From assembly GCF_001194135.2 (NCBI RefSeq), contig NC_068998.1, positions 49,128,510 through 49,192,509 on the forward strand: a stretch of 64,000 nt of DNA, read 5' to 3'. The translations under genes were made by a program, and so were the position numbers. The stretch is from Octopus bimaculoides (taxonomy: Eukaryota). The notes beneath the pieces were generated by a model. That model was not told where the DNA came from. It searched no databases and saw only the letters and a list, made by a program, of their open reading frames with translations. Numbering within the stretch: the stretch's first letter is position 1; every line of letters begins with the position of its first letter. This document shows, piece by piece, positions 39,309-51,867 of the stretch.

Positions 39309-39343
<35 letters not shown>

Positions 39344-40202
39344 ACAATACATTAGAATACAGAGACAGGTATATCAAAATTTTCTTCTAATTTTACCTAT
39401 GGTCATACAGCATAATTATTTGCTTACTGTGACCAACACGTGTTTCTACTGCACATTGTGTGTGCATTTGCCTATTCAACCCAGAATAACCTTCTGTGCA
39501 ACTTCATTTAGGCCCTTCCAGAAAGCATCGTTCAAAGCGAACAGAGTTAATATATTTGTAGCTAGTTTAAGATACCAATTGTAGTGATGGAGTATATGTT
39601 GAAATCCTATATAGCTATAAATGTCTAGGGTGACCGCTATTTAACACCAATGTAGATCGGAAAAGTGTGTTTTAATCTATGCTAAATTAAGTCAAATTAA
39701 GTTCTAACATGTAGTTTTCAAAGTTTTTGATAGGGAGAATGACAATTTTAGGTTGTGTTTGTTTATTATTTAGCCAGAGGCCTAAAATAATGTATTAGAA
39801 AATTCTCAGAATTGAAGAAGTATTTATAAATCATAGCCCACAAATTCTGACTCCATAGAGTACAAGAGTTAAAATGTCCACATACAATCCAATTTGCGTA
39901 TAAACCAAAGAACACAAACTAAAGAGATTTATACCCACCCACAATATTTTGTGAACATCAGAGAACTGTATAAGCACAATTCTATACTAACAACAAGAAG
40001 ACATGCTTGAGTAATAACCACACCTCCCAAATAAAAACAAATAAAACACAAGAACTAACAAGCTTAAACATAGCGCTTACATTCCTTTGTGGACTTTCTT
40101 AATATTCCACTAAAAAAAATAAGCGACACATCTAGTGACTGAATTTTCAAAAACTGGAACAAACTTTGAAACTCTGACCACATTGTCAAAGCAAACGATT
40201 AC

Positions 40203-40383
40203 ACACATACACGCTTACATATACAGAATGTGCTGTGAAGTTCCTGACATTACGGATGTCACGAAAAGCCTGGAGGGGGGGGGGAGCCCAACATTCCGAG
40301 TTCCTTCAGAAGGCTTAGAAGAAAAAAAAACCCCGAAGGATCACTGCAATAATTGTATGAATCTGATAAGGTATGATGAATAA
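40203..40383 (+). mobile_element. Possible mariner deletion derivative
   Basis: Starts TACAGAATGTGCTGTGAAGTTCC and ends HCNNCMNLIRYDE*, like mariner C-termini (C.KC....G.YVE). Confidence 0.3.
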
Positions 40384-40816
40384 GACAATAATGAAATGAT
40401 CCATCTGTGTTGTGTATTACGTAAAATTAGTAACTTTTCAGCACATGCTTTCGAGGACATGCTTTCGAGCGCATATATATATAAATATATATTACACAGA
40501 CACACGCAGACATACACTCAGACACAGAGACACGTACACTCAGGAGCACACACATATATATGCACATATGTATATTATCTATATATGAAATGAAAACAAT
40601 GGTTGCACGATGGATATAAAAGTCAATGAATATATTATAATTCTCACCGAATTAGTGTTCCAAAAACCTGAAAATGCTTGACATCTAAAACATCTGTATA
40701 AAGGTCTAATATATTCTTCGGCTTTTGGACAACGAAAAGACTTATGTGTAATAACATCACATACATCATATTTATATCTATTTTAGTGAGTCAAAATAAC
40801 ATCTGTTAGCAGCATT

Positions 40817-40822
40817 TATAAA
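40817..40822 (+). promoter_or_regulatory. Candidate TATA box of gene C
   Basis: TATAAA 68 nt before the ATG, same context as gene B. Confidence 0.5.
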
Positions 40823-40884
40823 GAATTTAGAAAAGGCCACTATATATAGTTCTCCATGTAACCTTCCATTTAACACAAATAAGT

Positions 40885-40924
40885 ATGATGAAATCTTGTA
40901 TCTTTATCTTATTTTTCGTTGTCG
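40885..40924 (+). CDS. Gene C exon 1 (signal peptide)
   Basis: Near-copy of gene B exon 1; MMKSCIFILFFVV+G|gtgagt. Confidence 0.8.
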
Positions 40925-41049
40925 GTGAGTAGCTATTTAATCATTATATTACAAAATAAAATGCTCTTTTATTCACACATACAAACACAGAAATACGTGC
41001 GCGCGCGCGCACACACACATGTTTATACAACTATATAGATAAGTAGCCC

Positions 41050-41210
41050 GTTGATTTCCTTTTCTGGAAAATGTAGCTATTCCAAATTGACATTTCGGAA
41101 TTTTAGTAGCAGAAACAAGTGCACCAATCATTTCTGGTATAAATGTGAATTTATAATCTGGGTATAGAAACTCTTGTTTTCGAAGTAATTGTACCGGAGC
41201 ATGTATCAAT
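41050..41210 (-). mobile_element. Non-LTR retrotransposon C-terminal fragment in gene C intron 1
   Basis: EFLYPDYKFTFIPEMIGALVSATK resembles the IP..IGALG motif at the end of RLE-type LINEs. Confidence 0.4.
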
Positions 41211-42674
41211 TCGTGTATGTAAGTATGGAATCACTAGAATATTTATCCGTTCAACAAATTGGGAGTGGGAAACACTTATTATTATGGCCGGGTGACACTC
41301 CGGGCCGAAACAACTATATCTAAAGAACGTAAGGCAATTTGTTTTATAAAAGGCTTTGAAACATCTATTATATCTACTTAGAAATCATTAGCATGTCATA
41401 TAAATTATTATATGACTGTCTTGTCTCCCTCTTATGCAGCAAATAAATATTATTTGTTGAGAACAGTAGAACATCTGGCACATAATATATGTCTATTATT
41501 ATACAGTTCGGAAGGCTGATAATATTTATAACGCTACAAGCTTACTTTATCTTCATCAATAAATAAAAAAAAGCATTCTCAAATATCCTTTATATTAAAG
41601 ACTAGATCCATTCATGTTTGATCGTGTTTGACACGGTTTCTAATGTACATGACAGCAAGAAGCAGATACAATGATGGGGATTAAAGCACCGCTGTTCCGA
41701 AAAGCATTCATTTACACGCACTTCTACTTTTATAACATAGAATGTCATCGACGACATGTCATCATCTTAGTTTCGTCTTTTTCATCACAAAGTGGCACAC
41801 CTATAATTGTATATAGAATAATCGCCAGTTAACACGTAGATTCACAACACCGTCGATATCTCAGATAATTTAGGTCTTTAAGTACAACTATTGATACAAA
41901 TTAAGGCACGTATACACAACTTCCAGATGTCGCGTTTGCTATGCTCTGAGGATGATATAGATTTTGTGCCTTTCTTGGTGCATTTTTGTACACTGAATTT
42001 GTGCAAATGTCTGTTAACGTTGCACTACTTATTATCAATACTTAAATACCTTCTTATTACTTCATTTTGATGACCTTCAAGAAGCTAAAATATGTCGCAC
42101 AGGCACTCAGTTCTCAATACACTGCTCATTATCGCAGAGGTAGCTTTAAACCAATTAATTTCATTAGTAAATCCTGTTTCCTTGTCATTTACTAATAAAC
42201 ATTACGCTCTGTAGTTGCTTCAAATGTTATTCTAATGCATATAAGTAGTTCTAACAAGAGATTATTAGTATTACACGCCCAATAAATTACAAAGGTACGT
42301 ATATGTAGATGTATTGTCAATTATAGACCTATCACTCTGCATGTGACTTGCAGTTAACAATATAATAAGTAGTGAAAACCCGTAAGTGTATCAAGCAATA
42401 AAGTAATTTTGAATGTTATGATCTGCTGTGCACAACGTATTCTTTTCTTAATTTGTAAAAAATATGGCCGACATCTAAGGCCCATGCCATGCATTTTGGC
42501 TGAGATATGCAATAAATTGAATACGCCGCTTAGTTGTACTTAATTTATAAGCCCATAAATCGAGTAAATCAAAATTGGTGTAGAGAGAATTTGACCCCAG
42601 AAAATAAGTAAAAATATTGACGAAATGTTTTGAATTTTATTGTGATTATACTTTCTCTTCAATTTAAATTTCAG

Positions 42675-42759
42675 ACGTTTCAGAATAGACGACCCGTGTG
42701 TTCAGGCAATAACTACTTGTTCTGCATTCTTCAATAAAATGTACGAGGAAAAGTGTGTG
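42675..42759 (+). CDS. Gene C exon 3
   Basis: aatttcag|85 nt, three Cys with family spacing|gtaaga. Confidence 0.8.
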
Positions 42760-43239
42760 GTAAGATATCCTTATTACTTCACTTACAATAAAAAAAATTG
42801 GTCACGCAACAGAATTCCATACGATATAAATAAATTTAACAATAGTTGAAATAGATTCGATTGATATTTAAACCCTAAAATATTTTTGCTAAAATGTATG
42901 AGGAAAAATTAATAATCGCTTACGACAAACTGTTAAAATATGATAAACGGTCAGCAGCACTTGTTATTGGACCAATGGATGCGTTTCAAACTCTAAGTTC
43001 TCTTCAGTTCTAGGTGCCATTAAAGGTGAATCACAGCCACAAAATAAGAGACACAAAACAAGCTTTATTTCTGCTTTTACAGTCTATTCCTTAGCCTTGT
43101 TATGTTGAACAAAACGTACTGGGATTGGATTTTATTGTTCTATTTATTTGTGCTAATATTTTCGGTTTTATGATGCATTAAATTTTCTTTCGGACTTAAA
43201 ATTCAAAATAAATATCAAGGTTTATGTTTTTGTTTTCAG

Positions 43240-43278
43240 TATGGCCATCGACCTAAAAACTTTAGAAGTGAATATAGG
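43240..43278 (+). CDS. Gene C exon 4
   Basis: tgttttcag|YGHRPKNFRSEYR|gtacgt, the same donor hexamer as A/B exon 4. Confidence 0.7.
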
Positions 43279-44302
43279 GTACGTAACTCCTTCACAATAT
43301 TTACAACTGCATTAGTGATTCAATGTGAATGATATCTCATATTTTAGTATGATACTACTGCAGCATTTGGCCGAATAATGGAAGTAAAATTACCATTCAA
43401 TAATAAATTAACATCCAACACTACAAACAACCATCATCTATAGGTTTCTAATATAGCAGCAGTGTTATAGTCCGTTATTCATCGTAGTTTATAATTTTAC
43501 GCGGGAACGTGAAATAATTCTTTTTAGGAACTGTAGGGCACATAAAGCTACATATAATAGCACGTAAATATTGGGTTGGAGAATTCTTTGGATAGAAAAC
43601 GTCGAAGGCCGGATATCTACATTCCATTATTCATAGAAGGATCAAGTGTGCATCGATATTTACTATCCAAAAATGGATATACTATTTAATTAAATACGCC
43701 ATATTGGAGCAACAATATGTTTGCATCGTTACAATAATTCGTACCATTAATAGGATATATTTGTGCTAAAATGTTAATAATAAGTTGGTTCACATGAATT
43801 TCAATGATGAATAATAAGTATGTTGACGATACAACACATCCTGTATTCACTACACTATATGTTCTCTATTATTGTAGTAACACATTGATATGAGTGTCTT
43901 CTGCAATTATGGGATTAATATCGGTTTATTACTTACATAGCAATAAAAATTCATACAAATTTAATACAAATTTATAAACGGGAAAGCTACATTAAAATTG
44001 CTTACGTATAAGTAGACTGACTAATTTGACAATGGATATTAATAAAATACTTCAATCATACTGGGAAAATCATTAGTCATTCCTGCGTTAATATTATGGG
44101 AGCATCGTAATATGTAAGATGCCACTGAAATAGCAAATGCGATGTCAACTTAGTGCACTTACATCAATATAGTTAGATGCAATGTCAATTGAAAAATAAT
44201 AATCAATACGAAAGTATATGGAGTAAAAATAGATTGTTTATTGTACATTAAAAACCTATAAATATCGATGTTTGAATAAATATATTTATTTTCTCTTTAC
44301 AG

Positions 44303-44368
44303 ATCAGTATCCAATCAATATTTGCGACAATAATTGTGCTGATGGTATTGCAAATATATAAATATTAA
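44303..44368 (+). CDS. Gene C exon 5
   Basis: ttctctttacag|ISIQSIFATIIVLMVLQIYKY*, followed by AATAAA. Confidence 0.75.
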   Translation: MSIQSIFATIIVLMVLQIYKY

Positions 44369-44374
44369 TGTTTA

Positions 44375-44380
44375 AATAAA
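44375..44380 (+). terminator. Polyadenylation signal of gene C
   Basis: AATAAA 7 nt after the stop. Confidence 0.5.
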
Positions 44381-44964
44381 TATATGTTATATACAATTAA
44401 TAGTTTTTTTTTGTTAAACAACTAATTTTATACGTCTTCCATTCCACATATTACTGATCATATCTCGAAAAGACTCCTATAAATTGATAGTTGATGGTAA
44501 CATCATTTCTTCGTTTATTGAAGTTTAGCAACGTCAAGTACGTATTTAAATGGGAAACCGATGCGTTATCCGTGAAACCTTTAGAGGTGCAAGGCCGACA
44601 GTGTGTTTTAAAAATTTGCTTCTCAGGCAGATGTTTCCGGTTCAATCTATAGCCAAAATACCACTGCACGGCATCTTGGCTGTAGATTTATACTATAATC
44701 CCAGGACGACTAAACCGTTTAAGTGTAATTAATATGGAAACTCACTACATCTCTCTCCCTTTCTCTCCCCTTCTCTCTCCCCCATATATATATATATATA
44801 TATATATATAATGCTATTTGCCAACGTAACATCATCCCTTCCAGCACAGTCACGTTATGTTGGCAAACAACCTTTACTTTAAAGAACTGTTATTGAATAT
44901 CTCCCTTTGAGAGATTTAGGAATAATAATGTTTCTACTTTATTAGATCAGTAACTGTGTGTCAC

Positions 44965-45365
44965 TCTGACTGTGGCCATGCTGGGACACTGCCACAACGG
45001 GTTTCTAATCGCAGAAATTGACCCAGGACTTATTCTTTGTTATTCTAGTACTTATTCCAGTATTTATTTTAGCGGTCTCTTAGACCGAACCGCTAAGTTA
45101 CTGGACATAAATACTTCACCATCGGTTGTCTTGTGATGGTAGGAGGGGCGGAAAGAGACACAGACACAAGGACACACACACATACATGAATATATATACG
45201 TATATATACGTATATTCAGTTTCCGTCTATCAAATCCAATCAGAAGGCTTTGGTCGGCCTGAGACCATAGTAGAAGGCAGTACCCAAGATGCCACGGAGG
45301 GGGATTGTACCCGGAACCATGTGGTCAAGAAGCAAGCTTCTTGACAAACAGCCACTCCTATAGTT
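44965..45365 (+). mobile_element. Interspersed repeat of the 31.4-kb family
   Basis: gccatgctgg...gacccaggacttattctttgt...gaaccgctaagttac...atcggttgtc matches 31398-31540. Confidence 0.7.
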
Positions 45366-46914
45366 ACGTATAAAACAGGAAGTAACAATCGGTGACTGTA
45401 AAGTGATTTCACCAATTTTATCCCTTTAAGTGCAAAATTAAATTCCATTGTTATTCCTGTAATGATATTATATATCTAGAAGAAAGCAGAATTAGTATTT
45501 CTGCGAGTTACGTTGCCAAAATAAACTTGACATATCTCAACTAAACATAGTTACAAATGACATTTGTCAGGAAAATGTAGATTGCTGTATAAAATTACTT
45601 TCTGCAGTTAAGATTGATAAAATTTCCAGTGAACAGATCTGATGTGATTTCCGCAGTAAAAGCGTTAATGCATCTGAACGTCTGGTGTTCAGAATAGTTG
45701 TGGATGGCAAATACAGGTGTATGTTGAGGAATGCGTCGACGTGTAGTGAATACGTTGACGTGTTCTACAACTACATGTTTTCTGTAAATCATTTTATTTC
45801 TTTGTATCTTCGACAACGAAACTGTATCACGACATTGTCAACCTAAGTTGAAAGCACAAATATTCACACAAATATTGCATACAATCGAAGCAAAACATTT
45901 CGAAAACTAATGTGTGACATTTTGCTGCTCTAAATTACCTTCATTATTTTTACAGGCGACAATCTGAGAGAATATCAATGAAAACTTCACGTGATATTTC
46001 ATTCTGAAACGGCAACCTTTTAGTTAATAATATAAGATGATTTATGGTTAAAGTACTGATCTCCATTGAAACAACTACGTATCCTAATAAATATGCTCTT
46101 GTCTAAATATGATAAATGTCTTTTGCAGTAGTTCATATGTTTCAATACCAAATCTTTAACTAGGAAATTTTAAAATAATTGCGTTGTATATTCAGACCCC
46201 GATTATTTACTGGTCCCAGTGAATTTAATTGTCGTATGAATTTATGTTTTAGAGAAGCATAAAATTAACTTTAATATAATTAAATTAATATCATCAAGTT
46301 TTGAAGGGTAATACACATGTAATTATACAGTAAACATTTTCTATGTTGTACATTGTTATAGAAGCATTCTAAACTTCATTGCATATTTCTTGTTATAAAA
46401 TGTTTAACACAAATCCCCAAATATAATGTATGATATTTCAACTTTTTGGCTGGGGAAGATTAGCAAGATTATTCTGGTGTGTACTTCAGATTTTACTTAA
46501 ATATTATTGGATGTAATTAATTAGGTGTTTTGCTTAGAGAGTAGCCATGTTTGAGATAAGGTTTAAGGTTTAGTACTGATGCTCTCTTATGTTATTCGTG
46601 TTCTCACCTTTCCCTTCTACTGAGACACATTGATATCAGTATATCTCTGTATTCTTTGCGGTTTTCACAGAAAAAAAACAAAAAAACTGTTGAATACTTT
46701 CCAGCTTTCGCGTAGCAGAAGTAAAGGTTTTTAGAATAAATTTGATATTGTACATGAGCGAAAGTTGATTTCTGCGCATGTAAAGGTTTCTTTAGCAGTG
46801 GCATATAAAATCATATTGCAGGTACTGACTTTGCTGCATTCATTTAAAACTAATCATAGAAATACGCGATATTAATAATAATGAAGATCTATCGGTGGTA
46901 ACATCACGCTTTTG

Positions 46915-47030
46915 CAATGCATGGGCGACTGCTGGTCCTCCATAAAAACCTTGCCCAGACATGTGCCTCGGAAGGTAACCTTCTAGGTGCAATCCCATGG
47001 TCATTCATGACCGCGGGGGTCTCCTCCTAT
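46915..47030 (+). mobile_element. 3' fragment of the SINE family seen at 6001-6345
   Basis: atgcatgggcgactgctggtc...atggtcattcatgaccg matches 6225-6330. Confidence 0.6.
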
Positions 47031-47688
47031 TTGTATATATATATATATATATATATATATGCGTTTGTGCGCATGTGTATGTGTGTGTATAGACATTGTC
47101 TCTGTTACTTACTGATGGCCTGTTATAACGTCTGGCTGTGCTAGAATATGTGAATCTAAATAATTGCTTCTCAGTCGTTCTACGTCGACGCAAAATAAAT
47201 TTATTCTGATCACATACATACATTGTTTAAGAAAAGCTTTTAAAATAATTGCACGATTCTAAGTCTCATGAAATATGTAATCACGTAATGTTTCTATTGC
47301 GCATCTAAAATTGTTTTAACTGAATTCTATTACTTGAATTTTTTAACCCAATCCTATGCCTAAATACGAAAGGGATGAAACGAAGAGCAAAACATAAATA
47401 AACGTTACGTAATCATAAAGTATGTCTGATTTATCGATCGTATTTTCATAGGGGTAAATTACTTCATATATATGCATACATGCATACAAATTTGAGTGAG
47501 CGTGTGTCTCCGTATCTGTGCGTGTGTCTGAATGATTCGTTTCGACTAGAGGATAAATTGCGGTAAATAATGGCGTTCAAATACTAGTCTGAAAAGCGTT
47601 TGTGATAGGAAAATTCAAAGGCAGCGTCTGTTGTCTTCCACGTATAGGGTTTGGGGTTAAACAGAATATCTATGCCATGTTAACAACT

Positions 47689-47776
47689 GGTTTATCTTCT
47701 TTGAGTTCAGCCATTAAACCGAAATATTCAAAGGTTTATCTTCTTTGAGTTCAGCCATTAAACCGAAATATTCAAA
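47689..47776. repeat. Perfect 44-bp tandem duplication
   Basis: GGTTTATCTTCTTTGAGTTCAGCCATTAAACCGAAATATTCAAA twice. Confidence 0.95.
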
Positions 47777-47961
47777 ATTTCTAATTTTTCATAACTTTAA
47801 ACTATATACATACATACATACACACATACATACATACATACATACATACATACATACATACATACATACATACATACATAAATACATACATATATACACA
47901 TATACACACATATATATATATATTTAATGAAAATAACAGCACCACCAACAACAGTAATAGC

Positions 47962-48008
<47 letters not shown>
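47962..48008. repeat. (AAT)n microsatellite 5' of the R4/Dong fragment
   Basis: Direct inspection. Confidence 0.95.
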
Positions 48009-48011
<3 letters not shown>

Positions 48012-48360
48012 CTCCCGCCGACGGGTATGAACATCATCGTGAGCCAGTCGCTGATGGTAAAAATGTCACTATCCTCTGGGATTTTTCAGTCAACCCCGAC
48101 AGAACATTCCAGGCTAATTGACATACAAAAGATGTGGCATCCTAAACCGAGAACTGTGGGTGTCCTAGGTATGATAAGAAAGGGATGTCAGGAACATCTA
48201 GATGATATCCCAGGAGAATCACGTCTCAGTACTGCCCACATCCTTAGTAAAAACCTACGAATTTACATATGTGTTGTACTACACAGAAATATTTTGCTAC
48301 TGCCCCTGACACTTGCCTTCCCCAAACTTTCAGTGGGACAGAACCCGGAACGATGTGGTT
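48009..48360 (+). mobile_element. R4/Dong-clade LINE 3' fragment (restriction-like endonuclease region, internally deleted)
   Basis: YEHHREPVADGKNVTILWDFSVNPDRTFQAN and VGVLGMIRKG...IPG...STAHILSKNL match the ILWDF..TD...ANRPD and GALG...GTAHILRK motifs. Directly abuts (AAT)n. Confidence 0.75.
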
Positions 48361-49050
48361 GATAAGCTAGTTATTTACCACACAACTACTCCTGCGCATA
48401 TAAGTATATATATATATATATATATATATATNNNNNNNNNNNNNNNNNNNNNNNNNNNNNNNNNNNNNNNNNNNNNNNNNNNNNNNNNNNNNNNNNNNNN
48501 NNNNNNNNNNNNNNNNNNNNNNNNNNNNNNNNNNNNNNNNNNNNNNNNNNNNNNNNNNNNNNNNNNNNNNNNNNNNNNNNNNNNNNNNNNNNNNNNNNNN
48601 NNNNNNNNNNNNNNNNNNNNNNNNNNNNNNNNNNNNNNNNNNNNNNNNNNNNNNNNNNNNNNNNNNNNNNNNNNNNNNNNNNNNNNNNNNNNNNNNNNNN
48701 NNNNNNNNNNNNNNNNNNNNNNNNNNNNNNNNNNNNNNNNNNNNNNNNNNNNNNNNNNNNNNCAAACATCCCCAGCCTCTCTCTTTCTCTCTCTCCCTCT
48801 CAGTTACATCCGTGTTTATATATACATTTATATATATATTCCACAGTTTATTATCTCATTATTTGTAAATGTTATCTGATAAATATTTTCTAATCTTTTA
48901 TAAAAAAAAACAATCTAACTTGATGATATGATACAACTTTTCATTCCAATATGTATTTATCTTGTTACTTATCTACTTGCAGTAAATCTCTACAGATGTT
49001 TATTTATCAATCTATTACTCTATCGATGATGTTGTCTTTAAAATATATAT

Positions 49051-49088
<38 letters not shown>

Positions 49089-50139
49089 ACGTACATATAT
49101 ATGTTTACGTACGTGCATATATGTGTGTGTTTACGTACGTACATATGTATACCATTACCTAGTTTCGTGTATATGGATAAATACATATGTATGTGTATGT
49201 TTATATACATAGACTCACACACACACATGTGCACACTCACAAATACATATATATGCATGATACATGCGTGAGTTATATCTATGCACATATGTCTAACTTT
49301 CATTACATTTTCCTCTTTATCTATGCAACTCAGAAAATTAAACCTGTACAGTATATCACTGCAAAACCCCATGAGATTAAGGTAAACATTTGGTTGATTT
49401 GACCAGGTTAAACCGCTTGTATTTGTTGTCAAACGTAATTTAATCTATTGTATTATTTGCATTTTTCATAGCTGTTGCCAGTAAGAAAGTGTCATGATTA
49501 CTTTGTAGATGATAATTTAATTTCTTTGGGGCGAGATTCATAGATGTTTGCAATATGATACCTTTTCTTGTGTGATTATGAAAGTGAATGACGTAAATAT
49601 CTATGTATTCGTATCTATGTATGCTGTATATCATATGGGATATATATACTTATATATCTCCACATCAGAGGTGGGATATCTAATACTATCGAATTTTACG
49701 TTTGCAATTATAGAAATGCATCTGTCGGAGATTATTTACTTTACAAACAATTCAAGAGTTATCCGGAAGGAAAATAATATGACCAGCGATTACCTGTAGC
49801 AACTTTTAGAAGTAGGAATAGTTTGGAACTACTTTTGTCTTTAACAATACCAGGTGAATGATCTCACATCACGATTAATGCATTTACCAAAAGTTTTTCC
49901 AAACATCATGTACCTTAATTATATATAGAACATGTCATCAGTCAGAAGGAGCAAGTTAACTACCTATCACTCCGATAGTGAGATACATAGAGAGAAAATC
50001 AGAAACGAAATCACCTCCTATCCTGAGATTATCAGTAAGAATCATGAAGGTAAATGTAGAGAGAAACACTAAACACATCGACATAGAGGACGATATAATG
50101 CACGCTGCATTATATAAATTAAAAAATATTGCTTTCAAT

Positions 50140-50560
50140 TTTTGGCGCAGACCCAGCAATTTTAGGGGAGGGATCAGTCGGTAACATCGAGCCAAGTATT
50201 CAACTGGTGCTTATTTTATCGAATCCAAAGGGAAGAATGATAAAGTCAACCTCGTCGGAATTTGAACTCAGAGCGAAAAGTTAGCGGCATTTAGATGACG
50301 CTAACTATCCTGCCAGCTCACACCTTAATATACACTAAAAATATCGGTTTCAAGTTTCGGCACAAGGCCAGAAATTTCACGAGTGGGGGTGAGTCAATTA
50401 GAGCAACCACAGTGAACATCTGGTACTTACTTTATCGACACCAAAGTGTCGAAAGCAATGTTAACCTCAATGGAATTTGAACTCAGAACGTAACGACGGG
50501 CGAAATGCTGCTAAGCATTCTTTCCGACGTGCTAACGTTTCAGCCAGCTCGCCGTCTTCT
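50140..50560 (-). mobile_element. Two adjacent copies of the same SINE (about 50140-50325 and 50345-50560)
   Basis: Both contain ggaatttgaactcaga and (c)tggt(g/a)ctta blocks. Confidence 0.7.
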
Positions 50561-51349
50561 ATGCATTAAAAGTACTGAAATGTCATACGTATGATTACAT
50601 GTCACTTCAACATGTTGTTCAAGTTATTAAAAATGTCAGAATAAAGCACAATAATATATCTTGTATACGTAATGTATATAAGCTTTTAGAAAAGGCAAAC
50701 ATTTACCACTGAATACTTGTTCAAACAAGTTTACATTAAGAAATTCATCAAAGCACCAGACGTTGAAATTAGCAATACTACATATGAAAGTAAAAGCAAT
50801 AAAATTATCTCTGTTTATTACAAAGCGGCAATATAATAATATGGAAATTATTTCTTTAGTTTCTTTAGAATTATTTTCTAAGATGTAGACTTGTTTAAGT
50901 TTTACGCATTATGACAATTTCTACATTAATTTTCTTTCTCTAAAGTGATCTAACTAAATAGCTGCCTCTTTTTCGAAAACTGTAACCACTCGGTTTACTA
51001 GAAATGTAGTTCTAAGGTTTCACGATCATTTCAAGTCATTGATACGTGATTCTATTTTTTGAGATTCAATTATTGATTGTATCAAAACTTGACAATGAAA
51101 TAATAGGTACCTATATTTACGCTAGATTTGCGTCATAAAGAATGTACTATAGAGAGTTTTTGGAGAATGTACTATAGGCAAAGTAAACAAAGATAAGTAG
51201 GTTCCTCGCCTTATATGGTGCGTGTAGATTTTCCCAATGTATTGCGCCAGTCTTCGGCAAGTTTCAAGATTTCATCTCTGATAGATGTTGTTGAACGTTA
51301 TTGGTGAGTGATACACATTTGAACAGTTAAACCATACTCTGTTAATATG

Positions 51350-51437
<88 letters not shown>

Positions 51438-51544
51438 AAAATCTATCTAAAAGTATATTATAGGTACACACGCGGATACATAAGTATACACACACACACA
51501 CATAAGTACACACACACACACACACACTGAAATTGTTACCACTC

Positions 51545-51867
51545 ATCTAGCATCGACCCGTCGCGGGTGGGACTCTGAACACCTGCTTTCGGTGTATCCC
51601 TCGGCATAGAAGTGTTTCTTCAGGCGGTTTCTACAGGTATCTCTTTAAAATCTGCATGATATTATTATACAGAAGTGGCAGATTAAGGTACATATCTCCA
51701 AACTCTTAGAAGAACCAAAACAAATAAGAGATTGAAAAAGAAAATACAAAATACAACGAAATCACAGAGCTTATTTTATTGAAATCACCCGAGAAGACAC
51801 ATCTACACCGAGGGATGCAGCTAAACCAGATGTGCAGAGTCTCACCCGCGATGGACTGATGCTAGAT
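51545..51867. repeat. Inverted repeat/MITE-like element (87-bp arms, 149-bp spacer)
   Basis: 51545-51631 versus the reverse complement of 51781-51867: 67/87 identical without gaps. Confidence 0.85.

Larger units (their letters stand above)
40885..44368 (+). pseudogene. Gene C: third paralog; exons 1, 3, 4 and 5 intact, exon 2 missing or decayed (pseudogene or atypical isoform)
   Basis: Exon 1 40885..40924 MMKSCIFILFFVV(G)|gtgagt. Exon 3 42675..42759 RFRIDDPCVQAITTCSAFFNKMYEEKCV|gtaaga (85 nt, C-x6-C-x11-C as in A/B). Exon 4 43240..43278 YGHRPKNFRSEYR|gtacgt. Exon 5 44303..44368 ISIQSIFATIIVLMVLQIYKY*, AATAAA 44375-44380. I found no intact three-Cys phase 1-2 exon in 40925-42674, and that interval has no N gap. 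Confidence 0.65.

Noticed and set aside
41070-41217. Cys-rich plus-strand frames (KCTNHFWYKC; CFRSNCTGACINSC) as gene C exon 2
   Set aside because: The C-x7-C match is interrupted by stops, the acceptor phases do not fit, and the segment is the antisense of a LINE C-terminal fragment.
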